Assembly: GCA_009602725.1 (NCBI GenBank)
Contig: WELB01000006.1
Location: 656,991-720,748, forward strand
DNA from: Spirogloea muscicola
Taxonomy: Eukaryota
Direction: 5' to 3'
DNA: 63,758 nt
The notes under the pieces are model-generated. The model ran no database searches. It was not told where the DNA came from and saw nothing but the letters and a program-made list of their open reading frames with translations. Position numbers and translations under genes: made by a program. Of the stretch, positions 37,776 to 50,071 are shown piece after piece (position 1 is the first letter of the stretch; the number at the start of each line of letters is the position of its first letter).

Positions 37776-38299
37776 GACCTCGCACAACGTGCAGATGCGC
37801 CGGCGGCAAGGAAAGGCGGCGACGGCGGCAGCGGCGGCGGCGGCGCCGTCGACGGCGGCGGCGGCCGCGGCGGNNNNNNNNNNNNNNNNNNNNNNNNNNN
37901 NNNNNNNNNNNNNNNNNNNNNNNNNNNNNNNNNNNNNNNNNNNNNNNNNNNNNNNNNNNNNNNNNNNNNNNNNNNNNNNNNNNNNNNNNNNNNNNNNNNN
38001 NNNNNNNNNNNNNNNNNNNNNNNNNNNNNNNNNNNNNNNNNNNNNNNNNNNNNNNNNNNNNNNNNNNNNNNNNNNNNNNNNNNNNNNNNNNNNNNNNNNN
38101 NNNNNNNNNNNNNNNNNNNNNNNNNNNNNNNNNNNNNNNNNNNNNNNNNNNNNNNNNNNNNNNNNNNNNNNNNNNNNNNNNNNNNNNNNNNNNNNNNNNN
38201 NNNNNNNNNNNNNNNNNNNNNNNNNNNNNNNNNNNNNNNNNNNNNNNNNNNNNNNNNNNNNNNNNNNNNNNNNNNNNNNNNNNNNNNNNNNNNNNNNNN

Positions 38300-40208
38300 C
38301 GGCGGGCAGCAAGCCGCGCAAGCGGCCGGGCGAGCGGGCGTGGCTGGCGGTGGCGCCGGACGGTCGCGCCGCCGTGGTGCAGCTCGACAAGCACGCCGTG
38401 ATGCGGCGCACGGGCATCCCGGCGCGCGACCTCCGCATCCTGGGGCCCCTCACCTCCCGCAACTCCACCATCCAAGGTCCCGCCGCCGCTGCCGCCGCTG
38501 CTGCCGCCGCCGTTGCAGCGCCGCCCACGTCCTGCAGCTGACGGCCTGCTCGCTGGTGCCGCGGCCGTCTTGTCGTGCAGCTCGGGAGCGCGCCATCGTG
38601 CTCAACTTGGAGTTCATCAAGGGCCTCGTGATGGCGGACGAGGTGCTGCTGCTCAACCCCCTGAGCCGCGAGATCATCCCGTTCCTAGAGCAGCTCCGCC
38701 GCCGCCTGCACGTCGTCGCCGCCCCCCTGCCGGCGGCCTCCCTCCGCAAGGGCGACCGCGCCAGCCCCATGCCGCTCGACCAGATGGGCGGTCAGGACGG
38801 AGCCCACGCAGCCGAGGGGCCAGCGACGCATCTGCTAGTGGCCGGCCGTGTCGACGACGACCTGCTCCTGCCCCTGCCCTTTGAGTTCCAGTTCATCGAG
38901 CTGGCGCTGGAGGCTGTGGCGAGCTACCTGGACGCCCGCACCACAGAGCTCGGCAGTGATGCGTACCCGGCTCTGGACGAGCTGACGGTGAAGGTCACCA
39001 CGAACAATCTCGAGCGGGTCAGGAATGTCAAGAGCCGCATGACGGATCTGATCGCACGCGTGCAGAAGGTGGGTAAGCTGATGGACGACCTCGTCACTTC
39101 ATCGGGGAACATGGGCCACTAGAAGCATGGCCCAGAGAGACACCAGGCTGTTTGATGCAGCTCCTAAGAGCTAACTCCTCCTTTGCTGATGCGTGAAAGC
39201 TGTGCCATCGAGCCATGCCATGCGGGGATGCAGGCTCTGCCCATCCTTGGATGCAGTTGGTTTGGAGTAGGCCTCACAGCTGCTTACCAGTGTCAGTGAC
39301 TGACATCATGCATGGCTCAACAATGATCCAGAGGGCTGCACTGCACTGCCGTCTTTGCTTCCACCGACGCTACCGCCTCCTCGGCTTTGCGCTCACAGGG
39401 TGCACCTCCTGGCTGCAGATCCGGGACGAAATTGAGCAGCTTCTGGATGATGACGAAGACATGGCAGACATGTATCTCACGCGCCGTCGTCGGCAGACCA
39501 GGCAACTTCAGGACTCTCCTGATGCTGCCACAGTTGAAGGCACCCAAATTGTTGCAAGTGATGCTGCTTCAACCCTAGAGTCTGCTCATCGAAGCAATGC
39601 GACAGCTACACCAACATCAGATGACTCGGCAAGCGAGGATGGAGTGGAAGATCTAGAGATGCTTCTGGAGGCCTACTTCAGACAGATAGACGGCACCCTT
39701 AATAAGCTCACTGCAGTATGGTAGCTTGTTGCCCCCCTTTTCCCTGTGCCAGCGTGGAAGGCCTGGATCTGCTCGTCATTATCATTTGCAGCACTACATC
39801 AAGCAGCAACATGACCAGCCTTGCTCCAGCCTCCCTCCCCACATGCTTAAGGATTGCTGCCTTGTGTTGACTTGCTTTTGCTCATGCTGCCAACTCTTGA
39901 CGATAACCTCATCACTGACTGCTGCACAGTTGCGGCGTTACATTGACGATACGGAGGACTACATAGGAATTGCGGTTGATCACCGTCGCAACAAGCTGTA
40001 CGAGTTTCAAATCATCATCACAACCTTCGCCTTGGCCAGCCTGGCTCCAGTTGTAAGCTCTGGCATCTTTGGTGTGAACCTACCCAATTATGTAATTAGA
40101 CACCGAGTGCTGTTCAGCTGGATCACCTTTGGGTCAATCGCAGTTGGTCTATTCTTTTTCCTCACAATGCTCAGCTACTTTCGCTGGAAGCACCTAGTGG
40201 GAATATGA
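38300..40208 (+). CDS. MRS2: MRS2/CorA-family metal (Mg2+) transporter; start in N gap
   Basis: LDKHAVMRRTGIPARDLRIL, RERAIVLNLEFIK, LPFEF..IELALE, YPALDELT, NLERVR..KS, IRDEIEQLLDDDEDMADMYLT, LEMLLEAYF, YIDDTEDYI, RNKL, two C-terminal TMs. Confidence 0.93.
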
Positions 40209-40436
40209 TTCCCGAATGCGGGATGAGCCCAGGGTTGCATACTAGCCCACAGAGCATGCGCTGTCCACCATATTTGACCACGGACCCATATAGATGTCCG
40301 CTGGTAGTCCGGCTACAGTTGAGCATTTCTTGGGTGCTTCAGAGCTTATCAATTGTGTGCTCATGTACATAAGCACAGCGCGAGCAATATCTTCAGAATG
40401 ACGAGTGTCTACGCTCAAAGCCATCAGTCCTACAAG

Positions 40437-41862
40437 CTAATCAAGCTTCTCGAGCTCTGCCATGCGGTCAATGATTTGCTGCATTGTCAAAAAACAAAAT
40501 TTGCCAAACCAATGAGCCACATGGAAAGATGCAGACACCCATCCAGCAAGTAAAGAAAGAAGCAGAGATTATGAGGAGGCCAAAAATCAGTGTAACATGC
40601 TTCTGATAGAGCAGCATGTAAGCGCAGCAAGGACATGCATATCACCTTCTTGCTGGTCTCTTGGACCTCTCCAGCTAGTATAAACTCATCAAGTATCAAG
40701 TACACCTGCAACCATCACAAGCAACAAGTGCTGGCAATGAGACTGCAGATTGCCGAAGATTGCAACAAGACAAGCTGTCTCTGGGCAGGCAAGTTGCCAG
40801 AGACAGTTGGCAACATATATGTAGATGCTAGACAAAAGGGCTGGTTCTTGAAGTCATCTGCATTGGCACAAGTTACTTCCAGTTGATTCCAAACAGCAGC
40901 ATTAGCTCATCAAGCACTGCAGCCTTGCAGAAGACATGTTGTGCCATGCTACTCCACAACTTGTGATCAGATCCTAATGAGGGAGAGTCCTGTGCAGTGA
41001 CACCTTCAGCAGGCAATGACAAGCCAGTCCACAGAAGCTTCAAAGACACTACGTTCTCCCGTGAAGCACACAGATGCTGGTGCGACATGTCAGGATGGAC
41101 TGTCACGACACGATTGCTCAAAAGACGGCCCACCTTGTGGAAGTTGAACACCAGGTCCAGCTCGCAGACGTTGCTGAAGAAGTGGTCCAGAATTTCAACA
41201 AAGAGGTGGATGCTTTCCAAGTAGGCCAGCTCGTTGTCGGTGAGGTCGACGCACAGGGAGAAGAAGAGACCCGCATACCGCCGGTAGATGACCTTGTGCG
41301 TGCGGAACTGCGACGACAGACAACCACTGGAACAAGTGAGGTCAACGAGTCTTGTCAAGCTGCAATTGCAGCGAGGTTGCCGTGGCTGGAGGAAGCTCGC
41401 AGTCAGCGAAACCTTTGCAACAGAGCAAGCCAGAACGTGACCTTGAAGGTCCTGAGCCACAACCCATCACACTTGTACCAGCGCCAGGGTGCTGTGACAT
41501 TGGCAGAGGGCAATGGCGCGCTGCAGCTCGCGTGCTTTGTAACAGGCCACAGAGGGCACCGTGAGGAGGCCGTCCTACCTCCACGAAGTTGGTGTACTTA
41601 GGGTCCCGGTTGACCACCAGGCGGTGCACCTGCCAGCAAGCGGCGGTGGTGCTCGGGCGCGTCAGCTCGGGCAGGCAGGCGCATGACGGCGCAGCAGGCT
41701 CAGGCTCGGAGGACCAAGCTCCTCGCGGCAGTGGCGGCCATGGCCGACGGCTGCACGGCGCACCTCGTACTGGACCTTGTGCTTCTCCTCCGTCTCCAGC
41801 GGCACGTAGTACTTGGCCAGCCGCGTCTTGCCCTGCCGGTTCTGCAGCAGGATGAAGCGTAT
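40437..41862 (-). CDS. AP2S: AP-2 clathrin adaptor sigma subunit; initiator exon lost in gap
   Basis: [104 protein letters not shown]. Confidence 0.95.
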
Positions 41863-41928
41863 CTGCGGGCGCGCGCGCGTGTGCGCCGCGGGGCCGGGCC
41901 CGTGAGGCGCGGGGCCGGGCCCGGACTC

Positions 41929-42056
<128 letters not shown>

Positions 42057-42308
42057 NNNNNNNNNNNNNNNNNNNNNNNNNNNNNNNNNNNNNNNNNNNN
42101 NNNNNNNNNNNNNNNNNNNNNNNNNNNNNNNGAGGGGGGGGGAGAGGGGGGGGGGGGGGGGGGGAGAGGGAGGGAGAGGCACCTTAGGGCGCCGCTAGGG
42201 CGCTGTTAGGGCTGCCAGTAGGCCACCGGCTCCTCCTCCGCCCTCCCCGCGTCGCGCCGCCGCCGCACTGCTCGCAGCGACGGCTGCGGCGGCGGCCGGG
42301 AGGGCGCC

Positions 42309-45300
42309 ATGGAGGACTGCTACTCCCACGCGGCGGCGCTATGCAACGAGCGCCGCGGCGTGTGGGCGCGCTGGCTGGGCGGGCGCGACCACGCGCGGCT
42401 GGCGCCACACCTGGCGTCGCGCGAGGCCTGGGACGCGCTCCTGGGAGCCGCCGCCGCCGCGCCGCCCGGCGGCGACGACGCCGGCGACGTGCCGTTCCAG
42501 CTCCGCGTCCGCTCGCTCCTCGCCAGGCAGGCCGCCGACAGGCTCCTGCACGGCGGGGGCGCTGCGGGAGGTAATCTCCTCCTGGCCTTCTCTGCGTCCG
42601 TCTGCTGCCGGGGCCGGCGAGGCGGCCGCCGGCATGGCAAGATTTTCTGATTGCAGGCTTTGCGCGGCGCTGCCTGCAAGGTACTGACGCCGTTGTGTCC
42701 CTGACACCATGCGCCGGCGGCTGGTCAGACCTCAGCGAGAACGACGTGTACTACTCGCTCGAGGACGATGCTGAGGACTGGGCGCGGCTGCAGGCCGAGG
42801 GAGCCCCCAAGCTCACCGAGCTCGTGCGCAAGGTAGAGCTGGCTGACTCGGAGATGGCCTCCCAGAGCTTGACAACCCCATCAGCATGCGCTGATCGGGC
42901 TTCTGCGGTGCTGCCTGGCAGAGGGCATCCGCCAGCAATGCCGACTTGCTCGGGTGCAGTCCTTGCTGACATCTGCGTGCTTGTCTGTCTGGCTGCATCT
43001 GCCCCGCAGTATGATCTCCAAGGGCATCAAGGGCAAAGTCCAGAGTGAGCCTCGTCTGCCCGCGAAACAACCGAGACTAAGCTGTCTAAGTGCTCTGTCC
43101 AGACGCACTTCCTCTGTGGCGTCCTGCTTTGCTTTGTTGTCATGCTCCCCCACAGTGCTCCTTCACACACTCTCAGCTCCTTGTGTGGCTTGCTTTGCTG
43201 TGCCAACGCCTCCCTCTTTTGAAGCGGGGACGAAGCTGAGGAGGAATCGATCTCACAAAGAGGGCACAAGCAGAAGCAGTCGAAAGCCAGTCGCGAGCTA
43301 TCAGCTCTCATGCCAAATGTGAAGCCTGTAAGTGATCGGCTTCAGACCAGTCGCGAGCTATCAGCTCCCATGCCAAATGTGAAGCTTGGAAGTGATCAGC
43401 TTGAAATTGTTGACTGCAAATCTCTAGGTACGATGCCAGGGTTTTCAGGGTGTTGGAATCTCATAAAGCAAGCATTGTGTGCTCATCTTTCTTACTGTCA
43501 TCTTGGAGATCTTGGTGCTTAACAAGTATTATGGTTGCTAAGGACGTCATTGTCATGCTGCTTGCAGACCAAGAAGGATCTTCAACAGGAAAAGCAGGTG
43601 AGCAATTGCCAGCAATCCTCTAGGCGATTGCTTGATGATTGCCATTAGTAGCCAGTTTAAGTACGCCTGTTGCGATTATATGGACATTGTGTTTCTGTTT
43701 GTGCTTGTCATGTCATCGCCAATATTCATCAAATAGGCTAACTTGGCGTGTGTGGTGCTTTGTCACATCTCCCAATGTCCAAGTTTGGTGCACAGCGCTC
43801 ATGAGCTGCAAACTTTTGCAGCAGACTGATTAATCAGTCATGACTCTGATCAGGGGTTGTTGAACAAAGCATTGGAGAAGGTCTTAGAAGAACTGAAGAA
43901 CATGGGGGTGTGTGACCGAACCTTCCCACCTTTCAATGCCATAATGGAGATTGCTGTTCTCATTTTTTAAGAGCACCGACATATTGAAGCCATATTTGAT
44001 GATTGTCTTGCTGGGACATTCTGGTTTGGCATGGCAGGAAGTTGCAAAGCCGTTCATGAGTAAAGTAAAAAAAGCCGAAGCTTGGGATTACTATGACGGT
44101 AAGACTCCTTTGATCAGAATGATGTCGATGTTTGATAGGGCCAATGTCAAAGCCACGAGCGAGTATACTTGATAAGGGACACGAACCTGCTCACCGTCTT
44201 GGGTGCTTGGGACAAGACCTTTTTCCAGCAAGTGTCAGTTGCACCTGTACGAGGGACTGCATGATGCACTGACTGGATATTGACACTTGCACGGTGATGT
44301 CTCTTGTTGCTCAAGTCATCAAGCACCCCATGGACTTGGGCACCATGCTGAAGAAGCTCCGTGCTTGCAAGTATGCAGCAAGATTTGCTCATAGACCACT
44401 TTCAGACTTCTCAGTCCTGGTTGTCTTCATCTTCTTCTTCTTCAGGAGCTTTTATATCCGTTATATTTTGACAGCCTGAGAGGTCATGCAGGTACACAAA
44501 CAAGAGGAGCTTCCATGCAGACATTGACCTCATTGCTGCCAATTGTCGCCAGTACAATGAGAAGGTTGGCAGCAGCTGTGCTAGGTGGCACAACCAGTTG
44601 TGATACTCATCAAAATTGTCGTTGACTTCCAACACACATTGTATGAGTCTAGTCTTTACTGCGCCCTACTTTGTACCAGTGTGTGCCAATCGGTACCCCC
44701 AGTGTATTGGCTCGGCTTGGCTCCCCTTCATTTCAAGCGCACCCCACCATTCCCTCTCTGTTACACTTTCACTGCCAATTGAGCAAGTTTGGTTGGTGTG
44801 CTCACGACCAGGGATCCACTTACGTCCGACATGTGGCGATGCTGCAGCAACGAGCTCTCAAGCTTCTGAGTGCAATACCAAACATAAACGTTCTGTCTCT
44901 TGAGGACAATGTTGCTATGCGTCAAGGCCCTACGGGCCAGGCAGCTCATACTGCGTCAGCTGGCCCTGGAGCCGTTAACGTGTGTGATGTCCTTGACACT
45001 GATCGCAGCAGCGAGGTTAGTAGCTTGCATTCTGTGAGAGGACAGTCATGCCGACTGCTCTTCCTTGTCTATCAATGCTTTGTGCTAAGCAAGTAGTGGG
45101 CTCGATGGAGTCACCACTCGATGGAGTCACCAGACAGTGACCTATGTGGTGTGTCTACTGCCTCACTCTTACTCACCAGCGTCTATGACAGATGTCTAGC
45201 CCAGAGTGCGCATCAGGTCTCTTCGGCAGCCAACGAGATGATGGGCGAGCTATGCTGCTGGCGCATCTGAGCAGATCTCATTCCTGCACAACCTTCGACA

Positions 45301-47925
45301 CTGGCTTAGTGATGCCAAAGTCTCCAGGAAAGTCCTCCAGCGAGGGTCATGTGGTAATGGGAAGCGAGGGCTGCCAGTGTAGAGAAGGAGAAGAGGGCAG
45401 AAGTCTTTGTGATGGAGGACTAGGAGACTGCGACAAGCACTGCAGAAGAGATGGCGAGGCAGACGGCGAGCAGCATAGCTGGCCAGAGCTGTGTGTCAGG
45501 AGGTCCCTCATGGCGAGGATGCACTGTGTGGCTCAGAGGCTCGCAGAGCAGCGCCGAGCATTCTCTGAGAGGGACGCGATGGTCAGGGACCCCCATCGCA
45601 TGGCCACTTATGTGGCACAGGAAGCGCGCGCCAGCCAGCTCCTGGAAGTGGAGGACCACTCCCAGCTTGCAGCTGAGCTAAGGACAGCCACTTGTGACAA
45701 ATCGGTGTCAAGCAGTCAGGCGGCCTCAGGCAGGCCCAATCATATTGGCGGGCAAAGAGCCGCGACTCCTCTTCCTAAGGGTGCCTTCTTCTTCTGCAAC
45801 TGCGTTCCGTCGACGGCGTTGTCTGGTACCTGTTCCTCACAAGTGCAGGGCTGCCTTCAAGCCACTGACGACCAGGGCTTCGAGGAGCAGCAGGCCCATG
45901 CCACCATGCAGAAGGTGGTGGTCCGCATACTGCAGACAGCCGGCTTTGGAGGAGGCAGGCAGACAAGCCTTGAAACAATCTGCGATCTTTTGGCTCACCG
46001 GTTTGCGAGGCTTGGCCGCTGCCTAAAGAGATTGCAGGACAGTTGCCCTCCAGGCTGTTCTCTCACAACTCTGGCAGCGATATCTCTTGGTAATGTCTGG
46101 GGCAGGTGAGCTTGCAGGCCTATGCTTGTGTCTGAGCAGTGACTGCCACTGCCTTGGGTTGACATGCTTGGCAATAAACAATTTGTGTGTGAGTATTGTT
46201 GCAATTTGTGAGCATTGTGTGAGCAATGTGAACTTCGTGAGCACTGTGTGAGCATTGTTGTCCTGGACCTCGTGGATTTTCAGCCACTGTCAAAGGTCGT
46301 CCATGGAAGTCCCAGCACAATGCAGGGAGGGCTCGTATCTGATTCGTCTACTTGTGAATATATAGCTGGGCAAGAGACAGTGGCTAACAGTTGTGGTATA
46401 TGCCATTTGTGCAGCTCGACCAAGGACATTGCAGATTTTGTGAGGCCTGGCTATTCTAGGGGGAGCGCGCCTCCCTTGAAGACAGGTGGTGGGCATGGCT
46501 TGGGGTACCGTCACTCAGATGTCATGCTACGCCAGGGCCCTGCTTCGTTTGCAGACAGCGGGAGGCAGCGGCTCTCTCCTCTGGCTCTGGCTCCGGCAGT
46601 GAGCTCCTGTGCCCTCAAAGGTGCTATCATGGGTGGGGGACGTTGTTCATCTAGGTGCCTGCAGCTTTCATCAGCTTTTAGGCATGCTTACCATGGATGT
46701 ACGATATCATGCCAACATTGCCGCCTGTTGTGGTGTACCCATCAACTGCAAGCCTAGATGTTGCCTTGAGAGCTCCAGTGCAATCTCAGCTGATTGCAGT
46801 TGCTTTTTCCACCGATAGAGGTCGTTATCGGGGAGCAGCGCCCATGGTTGGCAGCAGCAACAGCAGCACAAGAAGAGGATTGCCTCGGGGTCGGCGAGCC
46901 CGAGAGCCTCGCCAGCCAAGAAGGCATCTCAGGCAATGCCAGAGGCTGTTGTCAGAGTTCAGCCTCCCAGCCCACCCTTCTCGCCAGAGCGGCTGCCTGA
47001 TGCGAGCCCTGCTCTGCCAGCGCCGCTGCCAACGCCGGCATTGAGCAAGCCTGCCGTACAGGCCAGGAATATGTTTCACACAAAGGTGCTCCCCGCCAAG
47101 GGGCCAAGTGCTGGCCAGCCGGTGCCGGTGTCGCCGACAGCCAAGCCTTTGAGTTCGCCCAAGCCTTTGAGTTCGCCCAAGCACAAAACCTCGTCGCCGT
47201 CAACTTGGTCGCAAAGCAAGACGCTGCCCTCAGCACCCGGCAACCTTCCCTTGCCCCGCGGTTTACCGCAGTGAGTGACAGTGCTCGGGAGAGTTGGACC
47301 TTCTAGCACTGTACGTCGTCACGATGAGGCCTTGCCACCCTGCAATTCCAGGAGACATCATGGAACGCGTACCAGATGGCTTCCTCCGTGATAAACAGCA
47401 CTTGCCTCAGCGTGTGCTCGTCTGTGAAGCAGAGCAAGCTCGGCAGCTACTGTTCAGCCCAAGCCAGAAGACTCAGCGCTGTTACCCACAGCGGAGAAGG
47501 TGTGCTCGTCAGTGTACCAAAACCCTTCGCAATCACAGCCAGGGACGACCTCAAGCAGTTCATATGGCACACTCCCTTTGAAACTTTTGTTGTCTTGCTC
47601 TTCACTTATCTCTTCTGTTTGTTGCATAGTGGTTGCTGAGGGGGTTGGATGTGCGTGTGTCCAGGTAGCACCTTCTGTACCCAGCCTCTTGGGGTTTAGG
47701 CAGCCGAGGAATGCTGAAAGCATCCTATCACTTTTGTCGTTCAGCTACAGCCTGGACCTGCACTTTGCACCACCTGCTGACTTGGAGCAGAGGCTGCTTA
47801 GTAATGCTCGGCCTGGTCTTGAAGGCCAAGTGACGAGACCTTTCCAAAGGCTGAGCCAAGCGACTGCTCGTCCCGATCCTCACCGTAGCTTCAATATTGG
47901 GCAAGGTCCCGGGGCCTGCATCTGA
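42309..47925 (+). CDS. SPT7: SAGA Spt7-like protein: conserved N-terminus, bromodomain (~43855-44895), histone fold (~45890-46040), long low-complexity C-terminus; 3' exons approximate
   Basis: GVWARWLG..FQLRVRSLL..DVYYSLED; LEKVLEELK..KPFMSKVKK.EA.DYYDVIKHPMDLGTMLKKL..YT.K..F..DIDLI..NCRQYN..YVRHVAMLQQRALKLLSAIPNINV; MQKVVVRILQTAGF...SLETICDLL..RF.RLG..LK. Confidence 0.72.
43288..43404 (+). repeat. 60-bp tandem duplication within the Spt7-like gene
   Basis: ccagtcgcgagctatcagctcycatgccaaatgtgaagcyt-g(t/g)aagtgatc repeated with period 60. Confidence 0.85.
44701..44760 (+). mobile_element. Short retroelement-derived fragment (~70-bp family) inside an Spt7 intron
   Basis: gtgtattggctcggcttggctccccttcatttcaagcgcacc matches copies at 2432-2500, 56612-56680, ~57515-57570 and minus-strand copies at ~55880-55935 and ~56070-56135. 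Confidence 0.7.
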
Positions 47926-50071
47926 AGTAGGGCCGCTGCTCGTCTCCTGGTCGCCCTTGGACCAAGCGGCAAGCATTTCAGGCCCTCCTTTTGGAGCCTC
48001 ATCTGAGGCACCCGCTACCAACGTTTGGGAGAGCGGGAGCAGGCCTTCTGTGCTACAATCCGAGGTCCACTGTTAACAAGCGCTGACGCAGAAGGTCGAG
48101 TGTAGGTGCGCAGGCACAGGTTAAGAAAAGGTCGTATGCGCAAGGAGCAGACGAAAGTTGCTTTCCCGCTTCTGGGTGGACGCTTCTCACTGTTACACTG
48201 CACATATTGTTTCCTTCAGTCCATCAGCACGACTTGCTGATGTAGGACAACAAACCTAGGCGTCTGATGATCATTTGTGAGTCCTGGAGCTGGACCTAGC
48301 GTGAGTCGGTAGACCAGCTGGTCGGAATATGAGCAATTTAGCAGCCTCTTGTGGTAGCAGGAGGTTTGGGTCTCAGCACTCATTGTGCTCAGCGTATGGC
48401 ACAGCATTGTGGGCTGGCCGAATTGGCCAGCACTCCCCTTGCGCTTCACAATTCCCCCTCTAGCCCCGCCCCCTGCCTTCAAGCAATCCCCCCGTCTTTA
48501 TCCAGTGAGTCAGTTGGAAGTGAGATACGGAGAACAGGCAGACCGCCCACTGAAAGAAGCTGAGACGGTCAGGCGGCTTGTTCTGTCTGTTAAATGCCAT
48601 CTTCACCAATCTGGCCAGACCTGGTGAGGCGCTCTGGACTGGAGCTCGTCTCTCTCATTCTGGATCCAAACAAGCACTGCATGTAGGAGACATGCGGGAC
48701 TGAAGTAATAGGTGCAGATGAGGGAACGGACAGATTGAGAGAAAGGTGTTATTTCAGAGATTGCCACAAGCAAACACAGACTATTTCTCCAGGACAGGGT
48801 GTAGCTACTAGCTAGTGCTTGTTTGCAGCCTTTATCATCTCCAGTGTTGTAAGCACGCTTGCCTGGCTGTTGTACGATGGGTGAGGTTAAGATGAGCAAA
48901 TGTATCCAACAAGTGTATGGGTAATTTTCACGCCAAAATTCCACATTCTTTGCACTACCAATGCTGACTTCCAAGTTGAAAAAGTTGGTCGCACAACAGA
49001 GCAACTATGTGCAGAAGATTCTGAGACTTTGCAGGCTCCGTGGCAACACTTTCTGTTATGTATTACTGAGATGGAGGTTGTACACAAATGGTCATGCTTG
49101 CAGGATCACAATCAATCTCCATGAAGTGGTCATCCGGGAACATCTCGCCCCATGACGAGTTTGTTGAGGACACAAACACCAAGAGCAACAGCTCCTGCGT
49201 GTTCACAGGATCAACAGCAACCTTCCTTCCTTTGATTGAAGGCAATTTCACTGTTGGATGTTCTAAACGGCTGATAAGGCCTCCAATACCTATCAACATC
49301 TCCAAGAATTCTAGCAGTAGGGTTTGCACCCTCAGCCGATGATCAAGTAGGCAGGAAGGAGCTGTTTCCTTAGCTGATTGCATATGTATCACGTAGTTGG
49401 GCATGAGGTTACAACGCACAGTTAATGAGAAAGATCCTACACAGAAAGAGACTCAACTGAAGCGGATCTATCGTAAAGGTGTTGCAGGAAGAAGGATGCG
49501 CCTTCAAATTTCAATCTATACAGTTTTATGTACACGTCCGCTTTCTTAATGAGGTATCATGTGCGGCCTCCTCATTGTGGCGGCCCCATGAAGCAGAGGC
49601 CAAAGAACCTCGTGGGAAAGAATGGCGTTCTAGCATCTACTTCAAAAGGCAGGCCTGTCTGTATCCTCTCTGCCTACACAGCTCTACAAAACTGTCCTCT
49701 GAGTAATCACGGAGGGCCACCTCTTATCTCGTTGAGAAACTCCACCAGGCATAAGAGCTACACGTCGCTTCGGTCATGCGGGTCTAGATATCTAAATATA
49801 CAAAGAAAAGTACCTTGATGAACAAGAAGCCCTAAGCTCAGCTGCCAAAGGATGAGAAAGGTAACACTTCTGGTCATTCACCTGTAGTACCATGTCCATC
49901 GGACCACCCAGACTGTTGCAAGTCAGCGCCTTCGGCGCAATCTGCTGCAGCTGTAAAGTTACACAAAGACAGCTGATGAATGTCAGGGAAGGACGGATCA
50001 AGATTGCTATACAAGAGCTACATGTATCAACTAAACCATTCCAATGCAGTGCTTAATACCAGCTTGCCAGA

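Noticed and set aside
46190..47180. Small tandem repeats (TGTGAGCA units at ~46190-46258, 18-bp duplication at ~47141-47180; also 16-bp duplication at ~45102-45131)
   Set aside because: Ordinary slippage repeats with no further structure.
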